64,000 nucleotides of DNA, taken from IMG/VR virus record IMGVR_UViG_3300030376_003877, positions 19,486-83,485 of that record. One strand, written 5' to 3'. The DNA is from a virus (lineage: Duplodnaviria > Caudoviricetes). Positions 8,739 through 18,710 of the stretch are shown in pieces; the first letter of the stretch is position 1; every line of letters starts with the position of its first letter. Position numbers and translations under genes: made by a program. The notes under the pieces were generated by a model. It saw only the letters and a list, made by a program, of their open reading frames with translations, was not told the DNA's origin and made no database searches.

Positions 8739-9815
8739 TCACTTATTAAAAGCACCCAGTGCTTTAAGATACTGATCCATACCTGCTTTAGCAGGTGCAT
8801 CCGTAGTATCTACTCCCTCAGAAAGGGTTTGTTGGGATGCTTGGGGGGCTGAAGTTGATGTTGAGGAGAAATATGACTCCTTAAGGGTTTCCAGCTTCCC
8901 ACGATATTCTTCTTCACTTTCAAACTCAACACTTTCGGCAAGTGAAGCGAGCTTCTCTTTCTGGGTCTCTGCAAGACCTTCAGAAATTTGATCTAAGATA
9001 CCATCGGCAACCGACTCTGCGAGACGCTTGTTTAGGGAAATATTCTTATCGATCTGCTCGTTGAGCTTGGTCTCCATTTCATCAAGTTTGTCTACCATGC
9101 TTTCCAGCACATCATATTTTTCTTCAGGGATTGTTACATAATGTTCTTCAAAAAGACCCTTCATTCCGGCAAGGAATGATTCGGTCATATCAGTCTTAAG
9201 ACCTGCTTCTACAGCAAGTGCATTCTCGGTCATCCACTCTTCGCAGACGTACTCAAGATAAGAATCAACTCTTTCAGTTAGTGATTCCTTAAGACCTTCT
9301 TTTTCTTCTTGTAATGCTTGATCATAACGTTCTTCCAGAACTGCCTGGATTTCTTTCACTTTAGAGTTAAGAGCGGCTTCAAAGATAACCTTTGCTTTCT
9401 CTCTAAACTCTTCGGAGAGTTCTTCGCCTCCAAGAAGAGCATTGACATCTTCATCGATATCAATACCATCATCTTCAGAGGACTCCTCTTCGATGACTTC
9501 TTCAGTCTCATCAACTTGATCCTCTTCAAGGACCTCTTCTTCGACTTCAGTTTCTTCTTTGGACATTTTTGCCATTGCATCAGCAGACTTAGCACCACGA
9601 TTAACAACGTCTTTGACGGTCTTAATCTTGGGTTCTTTAAGTTTTGCTGAATCATCATCAGGCTTGTAGTTCTCTGGGGTAGGACCACCGAGATCTTCAA
9701 CAGACGCTAGTTGTGTGCCTGGATCAGCCAATTTAGGCATAGAATCACCAGCTTTAGCGTTCGCGTTCACAGCAGTTTTAGATTGCTCCATTTCTTGTAA
9801 ATCTCCACGAGACAT
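8739..9815 (-). CDS. g22: prohead core scaffolding protein gp22
   Basis: Acidic coiled coil, ERVDSYLEYVCEEW, between g21 and g23. Confidence 0.93.
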   Translation of the reverse strand: MSRGDLQEMEQSKTAVNANAKAGDSMPKLADPGTQLASVEDLGGPTPENYKPDDDSAKLKEPKIKTVKDVVNRGAKSADAMAKMSKEETEVEEEVLEEDQVDETEEVIEEESSEDDGIDIDEDVNALLGGEELSEEFREKAKVIFEAALNSKVKEIQAVLEERYDQALQEEKEGLKESLTERVDSYLEYVCEEWMTENALAVEAGLKTDMTESFLAGMKGLFEEHYVTIPEEKYDVLESMVDKLDEMETKLNEQIDKNISLNKRLAESVADGILDQISEGLAETQKEKLASLAESVEFESEEEYRGKLETLKESYFSSTSTSAPQASQQTLSEGVDTTDAPAKAGMDQYLKALGAFNK

Positions 9816-9852
9816 TTGAACTTACTCCGATTAACCTTATTTAATCTATATT

Positions 9853-9860
9853 TATTTATA
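9853..9860 (-). promoter_or_regulatory. late promoter TATAAATA upstream of g22
   Basis: Exact T4 late consensus on the minus strand. Confidence 0.85.
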
Positions 9861-9871
9861 ATTTAGTAACC

Positions 9872-10522
9872 TTACAGGTTACTAAGGAAATTATTGAACA
9901 GATTCAGTTTCTGCTCATCCAGTTGACCTTGATCAACTAAAGTATTGATCTGTTTATATGTTTTGGCGGCTGATCTTTCACGAAGAATACCACCATCCCA
10001 TACCCAATCTTTTCCTTCCATAATACCTTCAACGAAAGCATCAGGAGCAGAAGGATCAGCAACAATATCTGCAGCAGTGGAAAGCATGAAGTCGTCACCA
10101 ACAACATTTACACCTTCTCTTGTTGCTTTTAAGGATCCAATTCCTCTAGAAGAAACACCAAGTTTAACTCCTTCTCCAATGAGAGATTCTGCAATCTTAC
10201 CCATTGGAGTCGAAAGGATCTTTGCTTTACCAATAAAGTTAGTTCCGTTTTCTTTAAGTGAAACGATTTTGTGACTAACGCGATCCAAATTAACAGTTGG
10301 ACCATCTGGATGTCCAAGTTCTCCAAGTGCTCTACCTGATTGGATATGATTTTCATTGTATCTTTGAACTTCCTTTCTCAGGACAGACATAGGATACATT
10401 CTTCCATTCCTGTTCTGCATCTCACCTTGAAGAAAGATACCTTCAATGAACATATTTTTCTTACCGTTGCGTTCTTCAACGATAAAATCTACTGATTCGA
10501 TTTCTTCTCTAATAAGTTTCAT
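9872..10522 (-). CDS. g21: prohead protease gp21
   Basis: NRNGRMYP, ALGELGHP, GVSSRGIGS, DIVADPSAPDA. Confidence 0.97.
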   Translation of the reverse strand: MKLIREEIESVDFIVEERNGKKNMFIEGIFLQGEMQNRNGRMYPMSVLRKEVQRYNENHIQSGRALGELGHPDGPTVNLDRVSHKIVSLKENGTNFIGKAKILSTPMGKIAESLIGEGVKLGVSSRGIGSLKATREGVNVVGDDFMLSTAADIVADPSAPDAFVEGIMEGKDWVWDGGILRERSAAKTYKQINTLVDQGQLDEQKLNLFNNFLSNL

Positions 10523-10527
10523 TGTTC

Positions 10528-11094
10528 TTAAGATTGCTGTACTTGTTGGACGTATGCTACACCAGTGCCGGTTTGTGCTTTGACAGCAACTGATATTGAT
10601 TTTCTAAGTTCAGTGTAATTATCTGAATTGAAAGCAGTAACTATTCCTGAAGAATCATTATTAACAGTAATTCTGGTATTATAATATCCACCAGATTGAA
10701 TATTACCAGTGTTAATCGCCGTTACAACTTTGTGAGTAAAGTTGTAATATGGTTGAGCGATTTGAGTTCCTGATGTAAGTGTTACTGCATCACCTACAGA
10801 AAAAGGAGAACCTGTCCCTTCTGGAAAATCAATAATCGTGGTAACACCCGTAGTGATACCAACAACTCTTTGCGATGCTGGTCTTCCAATAGCAATTTCT
10901 TCTGGTCCAGTCGAAGGAACATAAAAGTTTGAATTAGTTGCCGTAGGAGTCACTCCAATAGCAACATGAACTCCTACACCTTCAGCAACTACCCTGATAG
11001 TATCAGTTTTTTGACTGATAGGTAAAGTTACAGCAGTTGAACTTGTAGAAGATGAAATTGATTGCGAAATTCCTACTGGAGTTAAAGCAGACAT
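10528..11094 (-). CDS. putative virion structural protein
   Basis: 188-aa S/T/G-rich beta-type ORF within the late head operon. Confidence 0.7.
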   Translation of the reverse strand: MSALTPVGISQSISSSTSSTAVTLPISQKTDTIRVVAEGVGVHVAIGVTPTATNSNFYVPSTGPEEIAIGRPASQRVVGITTGVTTIIDFPEGTGSPFSVGDAVTLTSGTQIAQPYYNFTHKVVTAINTGNIQSGGYYNTRITVNNDSSGIVTAFNSDNYTELRKSISVAVKAQTGTGVAYVQQVQQS

Positions 11095-11128
11095 TATTAT
11101 AAAGTAGACGACTTATTAATGTTATTTA

Positions 11129-11314
11129 TTATTCTTCAGATTCGTCGGAATCTTCCTCTGTTTCTAATCTTGGATCGTCAAAAACAGAAGCAGCCACTTG
11201 AGGTCTCAAGTCTGATATTTTTTCTGCCGACTTAGCAAATAAAATATCTTTGATTTTATCACTTACTTGTGCTGGTGACTCGTCAGCAGCAAGCAAATCT
11301 ACTAGTTCTTCCAT
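11129..11314 (-). CDS. small acidic hypothetical protein (positionally like T4 prohead core gp67/68)
   Basis: 61-aa ORF between g20 and g21 with its own CTAAATA late motif. Confidence 0.65.
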   Translation of the reverse strand: MEELVDLLAADESPAQVSDKIKDILFAKSAEKISDLRPQVAASVFDDPRLETEEDSDESEE

Positions 11315-11340
11315 GTTTAAAATAATGATTTATTATGTAT

Positions 11341-13023
11341 TTAGATTTCTCCACCAGTAGGTGTTTCAAATTTCTTCTCATCAATCTCTGGTGCTTGAGG
11401 GGTAGATCCCATAACACCTCCAGAAGTATCTCCAGGAACTGGTGCCATTGGTTGTCCTGTAGCAGGATCAATATCCATAGATGCTGGATCAGGAATCAAA
11501 CCACTTTCGATTTCTTTCTCAATCAGTTTATCCTGCTCTTCAATTTCTTGATCGCTTTGACGTAAAATATTTCTTCTAACATAATCGTTAGAGTAGTACT
11601 TACCAACATATGGTTCAACTAACTGAGCAAGATTGACTCTTTCCGTAGTAAGTTCTGCTTCTTTGAGTTCAGCAAAATGGTTGTCGTATAAGAAGTCATA
11701 TTGAATATGATCAGACATTACTTCCCAATCTTCAGGAGTAATGATATTTTTAAGAATTAACTGTGTTCTCAGCATGTCGCTAAACATATCTGAGAATCTC
11801 TTTCTCATTCTTCCAACAAACTTGGAAAACTTAATCTCATCTCTTAGAATCTCTGATGAACGACCCATTGAGAAACCAGTTTCTCCTTGAATTCTAGTTT
11901 CAGGTACATTGAGTGATCTATACAACTTCTTTTGGAAGTAGTTGATATCGGTAATTTCTCCAAGATTTTGTCCACCTGGTAGAGTTGTAATCTCAGTTCC
12001 TCTACCACCTTCACGTCTAGGAAGCCAGAAGTCTTCCATCATAGACATATGCTTCTTATCATCACGAACTTCGCCAGTGTTGGCGTCATAGACAAGTTTA
12101 TTCCTATAACGCATCATCACATCACGAAGATACTGTTCTGCCTTTACCTTAGGTAGATTGCCAACATCAATGTAGAAGATTCTTCTTTCTGGTGCTCTTG
12201 AAAGTCTATAGATGACAAGAGAATCCTCAATCATCATCAATTGATTAAGTGGTTTGATTGCTTTATGCAACCAAGAAAGAGTTGATCCCTTATTTCTATC
12301 TACTAATCCCGAAGTGCAATATGTTATTGAATCTCTAGTCATTTTGATGCCTTTTGAAGCACCACTAGTTGACATTGTTCCAGTATTATATCCTCCAGTT
12401 GATCCAGAACCACCGGGAGAATATATAAAAAACTCTTCAATTTCTGGAAAATCATATGTCGCAGGATCTTCTCTTCTAATATTTGAAAGAGGATTATTAC
12501 CGTTTTTTGGTTTCTTTACCTGACGAACATAACGCATTTTTGATGCGTCAATATATCTTAGTTCTTGAATACCAGCAGTGGGATTCTTTTGATCAATAAC
12601 TTTATTATAGTATAGTCTTCCATCAATATACCAGTTACGAAAGATTTCATGTGCCTTCTTATCAAAATCAAGAAGTTCTAAAATACGTTTGAACTCTTCT
12701 CTTACTTTCTTTTTAATTCCATCGCTTGCGTTTAAGTTTGATAGTTCAATACTTACAGGACTATCATTCGTATCAGCAACAATTGCTTCATTTACGACAT
12801 CTTCAATAGCACTATCACATTCTGGATAGAGCGACATTGAACGATATCTTCTGATAAGTTCATTTTCGTTCTTATATACGCCTTCAATATCTACATATGA
12901 ACCATAAAAACCCGTCGTGACATAGTGTTCAGATCCATCCTGGTTATTAGGAGGGATCGGAGATACTACACCAGACGAGTCTTTATCATCATCTTCAATT
13001 GAGAAACCAAATAATCTCGACAT
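11341..13023 (-). CDS. g20: portal protein gp20
   Basis: WYIDGR, YRLSRAPERRIFYIDVGNLP, EDFWLPRREGGRGTEI. Confidence 0.99.
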   Translation of the reverse strand: MSRLFGFSIEDDDKDSSGVVSPIPPNNQDGSEHYVTTGFYGSYVDIEGVYKNENELIRRYRSMSLYPECDSAIEDVVNEAIVADTNDSPVSIELSNLNASDGIKKKVREEFKRILELLDFDKKAHEIFRNWYIDGRLYYNKVIDQKNPTAGIQELRYIDASKMRYVRQVKKPKNGNNPLSNIRREDPATYDFPEIEEFFIYSPGGSGSTGGYNTGTMSTSGASKGIKMTRDSITYCTSGLVDRNKGSTLSWLHKAIKPLNQLMMIEDSLVIYRLSRAPERRIFYIDVGNLPKVKAEQYLRDVMMRYRNKLVYDANTGEVRDDKKHMSMMEDFWLPRREGGRGTEITTLPGGQNLGEITDINYFQKKLYRSLNVPETRIQGETGFSMGRSSEILRDEIKFSKFVGRMRKRFSDMFSDMLRTQLILKNIITPEDWEVMSDHIQYDFLYDNHFAELKEAELTTERVNLAQLVEPYVGKYYSNDYVRRNILRQSDQEIEEQDKLIEKEIESGLIPDPASMDIDPATGQPMAPVPGDTSGGVMGSTPQAPEIDEKKFETPTGGEI

Positions 13024-13056
13024 TATTAGAATAGAAACGACCGTTCTAGTTATTTA

Positions 13057-13695
13057 TCACTGAACCAGAGTCTGTCCTCTAGCGCCTCTATTTCTCTGGA
13101 GAGAATTACCAATAGTGAAGTACTGAACCTGGAAGGTTACTTGGAACTCCTCAATGGTATCACTGCTATCATAACTCAGGTCAATAGCAGATACTTCGGT
13201 TGGGAAGATATCATAGAACTTGTAATTTCTAAGTTCCGAACTTGATCCACCTCTGCTGTTTCTGGTTGCGTTTACCTCTCTACCTCTGCCAAGTTGCTGA
13301 ACATAAGCATCAGTCATATATGAAGAAGGATTGGTGACACCAGTAGCATCGTTTAACTTGCTAAGGGTATTCATCCAAATTTCAAAAGCAGTTCTCAGTT
13401 GGAAGTCTTCATCATTGATGATGGTAACAGACCATGTATCAAAAGTTCTGTCTCCAGCAACTTTTAAAATACGACCTCTGAAAGGAACGGGTACTTCAGC
13501 AATAGTTGATGCTGGAAGTTGTGCAGTCTTACATAAAAATCTAAACTGACCACTCTCGTTGTTGCCTCCGTTTCTCCAAACTCTTCTGCTGATAGCAGCA
13601 GGGAATGCAGGAATAGAAACTTCAAAGAGATTGGGGCGGGCCCCACCGCCCGCTAATCTGTTCTTAAACTGTGATAAGGTTTTTGTTTGTGCCAT
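13057..13695 (-). CDS. g19: tail tube protein gp19
   Basis: GGARPNLFEV, FRGRILKVAGDRTF, IEEFQVTFQVQY. Confidence 0.97.
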   Translation of the reverse strand: MAQTKTLSQFKNRLAGGGARPNLFEVSIPAFPAAISRRVWRNGGNNESGQFRFLCKTAQLPASTIAEVPVPFRGRILKVAGDRTFDTWSVTIINDEDFQLRTAFEIWMNTLSKLNDATGVTNPSSYMTDAYVQQLGRGREVNATRNSRGGSSSELRNYKFYDIFPTEVSAIDLSYDSSDTIEEFQVTFQVQYFTIGNSLQRNRGARGQTLVQ

Positions 13696-13731
13696 GGTTT
13701 TGTCCTCTTATACTATTATTACGATGTTAAA

Positions 13732-15918
13732 TCAAACTGAACCAACGACTTCTTCAAAACTTACTCCAGTTCTGGTAGCAACAAATGTCAGTGTGACGTA
13801 GTTGATGGAACGTGTAGGAGCGATGAAGATATCTGCTCTAAACTCATTGTTATCAATGATAGCAGGGGTGTTGTTTGTTTCGTCACAGACGATTGAGAAC
13901 TCTTGAATACCTCTTTGTGCCTGAACATCTCTCAGGTAAGGTTCAACAATGTTAACGAAGTTTGCCCTCGTCTCATCATCATTGATTTCAAAGAGTTGAT
14001 CATTTGCTGCTTCTTCAAGTGCTTGCTCAACTGTGAGGAACAGACGACGAACATTGATTCTATCGAATGCAGAAGAATAACCAAGAGCAGTCTTATCACC
14101 AAACAGGATTACGCCCTGTCCACTTTGATTGATTACAGAGTTGATTCTAGATCCGTATAGGATATCACGCTGTGCTTTGTTTGGATTGAGAGCAAGTTTA
14201 ATAGTATTATTAATGTTGCCTCTTTGCTGACCAGCTGGCGAGAACCAAGGGAATGCCTCAATAGATGTTCTTACCATCAATCCAGCAATATCACCATTCA
14301 TTGGGACATAACGGAACTCATTATTGAATCTATCATAAACATACTTGTAACCACTATCCAATACAGCGTAAGAGGATGATGTTACAGGCGAATAGAACTT
14401 CAGAAGATTGTTGACTTGTGCAGTTGAAGTTGTTACGTTAACAACATTTTCTCTGTGAGGAGAAATGGTTGCCATGCAATCCTTTCTTAGTTCAGCAATA
14501 GAAATGAGTTTGTTTGCCTTTGCTTGTGATTCAATTTCTGAACCAAGTCCAGGACCCATCATCAAATAATCAACAGCAATCTCATCTCTGTTTGCGAACA
14601 GTTCATATGAAGTAGATAGGGATCCAAGAGTTGCACCCATACCGCCGTTAGCAGAATAGTCAACACCACCACCTAAGGTATATGTCTTGTTTCCAATAGC
14701 ACTATAGGTTACACCACTTGCTTCCTGACCCCATAGACCGTCTCCTCTACTAACTGCAGTGTAGGCAGTTGAGAATCCAGTAGCAACAGGAGTTGTACCT
14801 TGATAAGAATCATTTGCGGATGAAGGATTATATCCTGCAAAAATCCAGTTAGAGTTATTAGCAAGATAACTCTTATAATATGTTTTGGTTGGTGCATCGC
14901 CATCTGCTTCGGAATCTGATGCCTTAGACAAATTAGACCAAGATTCTAATAGGTTGCCTGAGATGCCAGTTACTGCACCTGTATCATCTACGACAGCAAC
15001 GTGCATAGAATCATTCTTTCCACCTCTTGTGGAGACATAGTTGCTAGTTACTGGTCTTGGAGCAATCGACTTCCAGAAAATTGTTGAGTTGGATAGATTC
15101 AAAGTTTGTGAATCATACCAGTCATTCGCATTGAGTGCAGCGATTGTCGTTGTTGAGGTCACTCCAGCATTGGTAACAAACGAAAGAGTATCTGCTGCTT
15201 CAAATGCTTGAGAAGGATTGTTTTCCTGATATGTAATAGGATAAACAGTTCCAGCAGTTGAAACTCTTGATACGATTCTAACGTCAATCGAACTCTTGCT
15301 GTTCGTTGCATCCGTGCTGACACCTGTAATGATTCCTTTCAGATATCCATTAAAGGTTGAGGTTGTACCAGCACCAGGAATGGGAACGCTAGAAAGGGAG
15401 GATGTAATACCGTAACCAACAGCAACTCCAAGAGCAGAAGGATCAGTAGTCGTAATTCCTAAAGTCTGATCTGCAAAGTTATCAATCGTGCAAACCTTCA
15501 GACTATTTGCCCATGTACCAGGATTTCTAGCAGCATACGTGAAGTTTGTAGCAGAAGAAAAATTCTCCTCATAGTCATCGTAGTTTTTAATCTTCGATGC
15601 GGTCGTACTTGCAGCACCAACACCTGCGTTAGCATTGTTCAGTGTTGAACCATCTGTTCTTACAACCTTAAGAACCCCACCATAGGAGAGGTATTCCGAA
15701 GCGGTCATCCAGTATTCGTATTGTCTATCAGTACTCATAGGAGTACCAAAAACGTTGATCAGTTCTTGTTGAGTAGAAATATCATATGGTTCATCGATAG
15801 GACCCAATTTAAATGGACCAGCAATAGCGCCAATATTATCAAGAACGTTTTCAGCTCTCCCTACTGTTAGATCAACTTCTCTGACTATTACGCCTGGAGA
15901 TAATTGAGGAGTCGCCAT
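13732..15918 (-). CDS. g18: tail sheath protein gp18
   Basis: SPGVIVREVDLT, WFSPAGQQRG, FDRINVRRLF. Confidence 0.98.
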   Translation of the reverse strand: MATPQLSPGVIVREVDLTVGRAENVLDNIGAIAGPFKLGPIDEPYDISTQQELINVFGTPMSTDRQYEYWMTASEYLSYGGVLKVVRTDGSTLNNANAGVGAASTTASKIKNYDDYEENFSSATNFTYAARNPGTWANSLKVCTIDNFADQTLGITTTDPSALGVAVGYGITSSLSSVPIPGAGTTSTFNGYLKGIITGVSTDATNSKSSIDVRIVSRVSTAGTVYPITYQENNPSQAFEAADTLSFVTNAGVTSTTTIAALNANDWYDSQTLNLSNSTIFWKSIAPRPVTSNYVSTRGGKNDSMHVAVVDDTGAVTGISGNLLESWSNLSKASDSEADGDAPTKTYYKSYLANNSNWIFAGYNPSSANDSYQGTTPVATGFSTAYTAVSRGDGLWGQEASGVTYSAIGNKTYTLGGGVDYSANGGMGATLGSLSTSYELFANRDEIAVDYLMMGPGLGSEIESQAKANKLISIAELRKDCMATISPHRENVVNVTTSTAQVNNLLKFYSPVTSSSYAVLDSGYKYVYDRFNNEFRYVPMNGDIAGLMVRTSIEAFPWFSPAGQQRGNINNTIKLALNPNKAQRDILYGSRINSVINQSGQGVILFGDKTALGYSSAFDRINVRRLFLTVEQALEEAANDQLFEINDDETRANFVNIVEPYLRDVQAQRGIQEFSIVCDETNNTPAIIDNNEFRADIFIAPTRSINYVTLTFVATRTGVSFEEVVGSV

Positions 15919-15996
15919 GTTTTTCTCCTAAATGTCTCGAATTAACTAAAAATATTTATGAAAATATGAGTTTTGAGAGGGGAAATGTGACGTGAA

Positions 15997-16227
15997 CTAC
16001 CAATCTGGATAGGATTCCCCGATAGAAGGGTGTATATTTTTTCTGCTGTCAATAATTCTTTTGATTGTACAGTCTTTGCATTCATAAGAGAATGATGATG
16101 AGACTGGACCTTTATCTTTTCTTGTTCTGTAAAATCCATCGATTAAATTTTTTGTCCTTCCACAGGTTCTACACTTTCTATCATCTAGAAGTAAGTGACC
16201 AAGTTTAATCTGCTTGTCTAGATCCAT
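15997..16227 (-). CDS. small CxxC...CxxC zinc-finger hypothetical protein
   Basis: CRTC and ECKDC; coupled to the g17 stop. Confidence 0.7.
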   Translation of the reverse strand: MDLDKQIKLGHLLLDDRKCRTCGRTKNLIDGFYRTRKDKGPVSSSFSYECKDCTIKRIIDSRKNIHPSIGESYPDW

Positions 16228-17933
16228 TATCTATATTCCCACATATGAGACATATCGCCATACTCATCAGTGTTCCATGTATCTGGAGTATTACCTAATC
16301 TTTGAAGATATCTTTCTCCGTTTGGTTCGACAGTCCATCTATCTCCATCATCATCCACAAAAGTAGAATCATCTAGTCCATCGACAATAAAACCAAAGGG
16401 TGCCATGTCTTGCTCAATTTGATCTTTCTGTTCTTCGTAAATTCTTTTTCTAACATCTTGATCAGTTAACTCTTTAAAATAATCTTGTGCTACTAACCAA
16501 GCATAGATGACCAAACACATAGCAAGATCATCATTACAACCTTCTTCTGCCTCAAAAGAACCATGTTTCTGAATAAAGGTAGTTAATTCTGAAATGACTT
16601 CATAATCATTGAAGATAAATTTATCTTCTTCAATCATCGTCTTAAGGTTAAGAGACCCAACTTTTTTGACTGTCTTGGACATCTTAACACCTAACTGTGT
16701 TTTAGAACCAGAAAATCCTTGACCAACAACTTGACCTGCCCTACCTCTCATTGAAGACATCAAAAGATTTTGATATTCCAAATCGTACTGAAGAATACTT
16801 GCTACCTGATCTCCAACATCATTTACTTCGCATAAGACATATGCATTATTGTAGTTCTTACATACTTGGTAGATAACACTTGGAAATAACATTGGTTTGA
16901 TTGTGTTATCTCTATACTTTGCTACCAGTTTATGAGGGAACTGACTTATGTCTATGACTACAAATGCAGAGTAATCTCCTCCAACTCCTCTTGCAACGTC
17001 AACTGTGCAAATATAATCTCTATCTTCTCTAGGTCCTTCATAAATGTCTAGACCAGCATTTCTTTGGATAGGACTATCGTATACTAAGCTTTTGAGTTTG
17101 CTAGGAGCAATCAAAGTATCAACAGAACCTAAAAACTCACATTCAAACTCAATCTTAAACTGTTGTTCTGATGTGTTAGCAATAGTCTGCTCTTTCCAAA
17201 CAGCATCTCTACCAGGAACCTCAGACCAATGAACATCTGTTGGAATATATTCATTAGCACCTTTCTCTGCATCATGCCACATCCTGTAGAAGTGGTTCAT
17301 GCCGTGAGGCGTAGATACAATGATTACTTTCGTGCTTTGACCGGAAGTAATAGTAGGATAAACAGAGGCAAAGAAGGCATCTGCGATATGGTTTGGAACG
17401 AAAGCGAACTCATCGAGGAAGAGGATATTGAACGACATGCCTCGGACAGCACTTGCAGATGTAGAAGCAGCCAGAATCTTTGATCCATTTTCTAGTTCAA
17501 TGTTACCTTTATTCCATACAAGAATACCTTGTTGCATCCACTTCGGCAAGTTCTCATAAGCAGTTGCCAATCTAGCAAGAAGTTCTCTAGCAGTAGTTGC
17601 TTTGTTTGCGAGAATACCAATGTTTACACTATCATTAAACAATGCATAATGCAATAAGTAAGACACACAAGTGGTAGACTTACCAGTCTGCCTAGGCATC
17701 TTACAAATATTGAATCTATTATTATGAAAGTTATTAATTAACTTCTCTTGAAAATCATAAGTCTTGAATGGTTGGAGACCATGATCAAGAGTTACAATTT
17801 TTACATAATGTTGTGCAAAGTAAACTGGGTCATTTTTGCATTTAATATATTCTTCAATATTTTCTTGCGAAAACTCAATAGGGGAATTTGCCTTCTTAAG
17901 AAGGGGATTGCCCAAATAAACATCATTACTCAT
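16227..17933 (-). CDS. g17: terminase large subunit gp17
   Basis: PRQTGKST Walker A, LFLDEFAF Walker B, STPHG, DVARG and NDDLAM nuclease motifs. Confidence 0.98.
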   Translation of the reverse strand: MSNDVYLGNPLLKKANSPIEFSQENIEEYIKCKNDPVYFAQHYVKIVTLDHGLQPFKTYDFQEKLINNFHNNRFNICKMPRQTGKSTTCVSYLLHYALFNDSVNIGILANKATTARELLARLATAYENLPKWMQQGILVWNKGNIELENGSKILAASTSASAVRGMSFNILFLDEFAFVPNHIADAFFASVYPTITSGQSTKVIIVSTPHGMNHFYRMWHDAEKGANEYIPTDVHWSEVPGRDAVWKEQTIANTSEQQFKIEFECEFLGSVDTLIAPSKLKSLVYDSPIQRNAGLDIYEGPREDRDYICTVDVARGVGGDYSAFVVIDISQFPHKLVAKYRDNTIKPMLFPSVIYQVCKNYNNAYVLCEVNDVGDQVASILQYDLEYQNLLMSSMRGRAGQVVGQGFSGSKTQLGVKMSKTVKKVGSLNLKTMIEEDKFIFNDYEVISELTTFIQKHGSFEAEEGCNDDLAMCLVIYAWLVAQDYFKELTDQDVRKRIYEEQKDQIEQDMAPFGFIVDGLDDSTFVDDDGDRWTVEPNGERYLQRLGNTPDTWNTDEYGDMSHMWEYR

Positions 17934-17936
17934 AAG

Positions 17937-18671
17937 TTACTCAGCAACTTCAGTTTCTTCTACACATGCTACGTTGATGTATAGTTCCTTATTATCAAGA
18001 GCAGATAGATCAAATCTAGAAATCATTGAACCAGGATATACTTTATCAAGCGCAGACTGAACTTCTTTTCTAGATGGTTTTTTAATTTCAGGGAAGAATA
18101 ACTTCATCATCATATACTTACCTTTCCAGGTAAATGATACAAGATATACATTTCCATTTTGAGCAGGAACTCTCACTGCTTCTGTAACTTCTTCTACTTC
18201 TTCCCCGACAGGAACACAATTAGGTACAGTCTTTTTACCTTTTTTCTTCATTCCTTTTTGAGCGTATCCAACCCAACATTTCTCACCAAGAACTTCAACC
18301 TCAATACCAGCATTTCTCATTGCATTGACTTGCATCTGTGAGAGTTCTGGAAGGTTCTCAAACTCTTCTTTCTTAGTGCTATTGCCATAGTTCTTAGCAC
18401 CCTTTTTACGACACTGTACGAGTCTTCCAGAGGCATATGCTGAAGGCCATACAGAAGCACTTGCTTTTACTTTATGATAGCAGGCATCTTTCTTACCACT
18501 ACTTTTACCTTTCTTATCCTCTTCAGTCATTGCTTCGATATCATAAGTATCGTATGTTTCAATGTTAGGTGCAGTTGATTTCATTGGTTTTGGTTTGATA
18601 ATGTCTTGTACCACTGCAAAAGGTTCACCGTATGCATCAGTAAGTTCAATATCTTCTTTTACCATTGTCAC
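17937..18671 (-). CDS. conserved cyanophage late hypothetical protein
   Basis: DACYHKVK...WPSAYASGRLVQCRKKG and CWVGY...VPNCVP blocks; late promoter upstream. Confidence 0.75.
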   Translation of the reverse strand: MTMVKEDIELTDAYGEPFAVVQDIIKPKPMKSTAPNIETYDTYDIEAMTEEDKKGKSSGKKDACYHKVKASASVWPSAYASGRLVQCRKKGAKNYGNSTKKEEFENLPELSQMQVNAMRNAGIEVEVLGEKCWVGYAQKGMKKKGKKTVPNCVPVGEEVEEVTEAVRVPAQNGNVYLVSFTWKGKYMMMKLFFPEIKKPSRKEVQSALDKVYPGSMISRFDLSALDNKELYINVACVEETEVAE

Positions 18672-18710
18672 AATAAAAAGGTCTCTTAGTATTTATTAAC
18701 TATCAAATCT

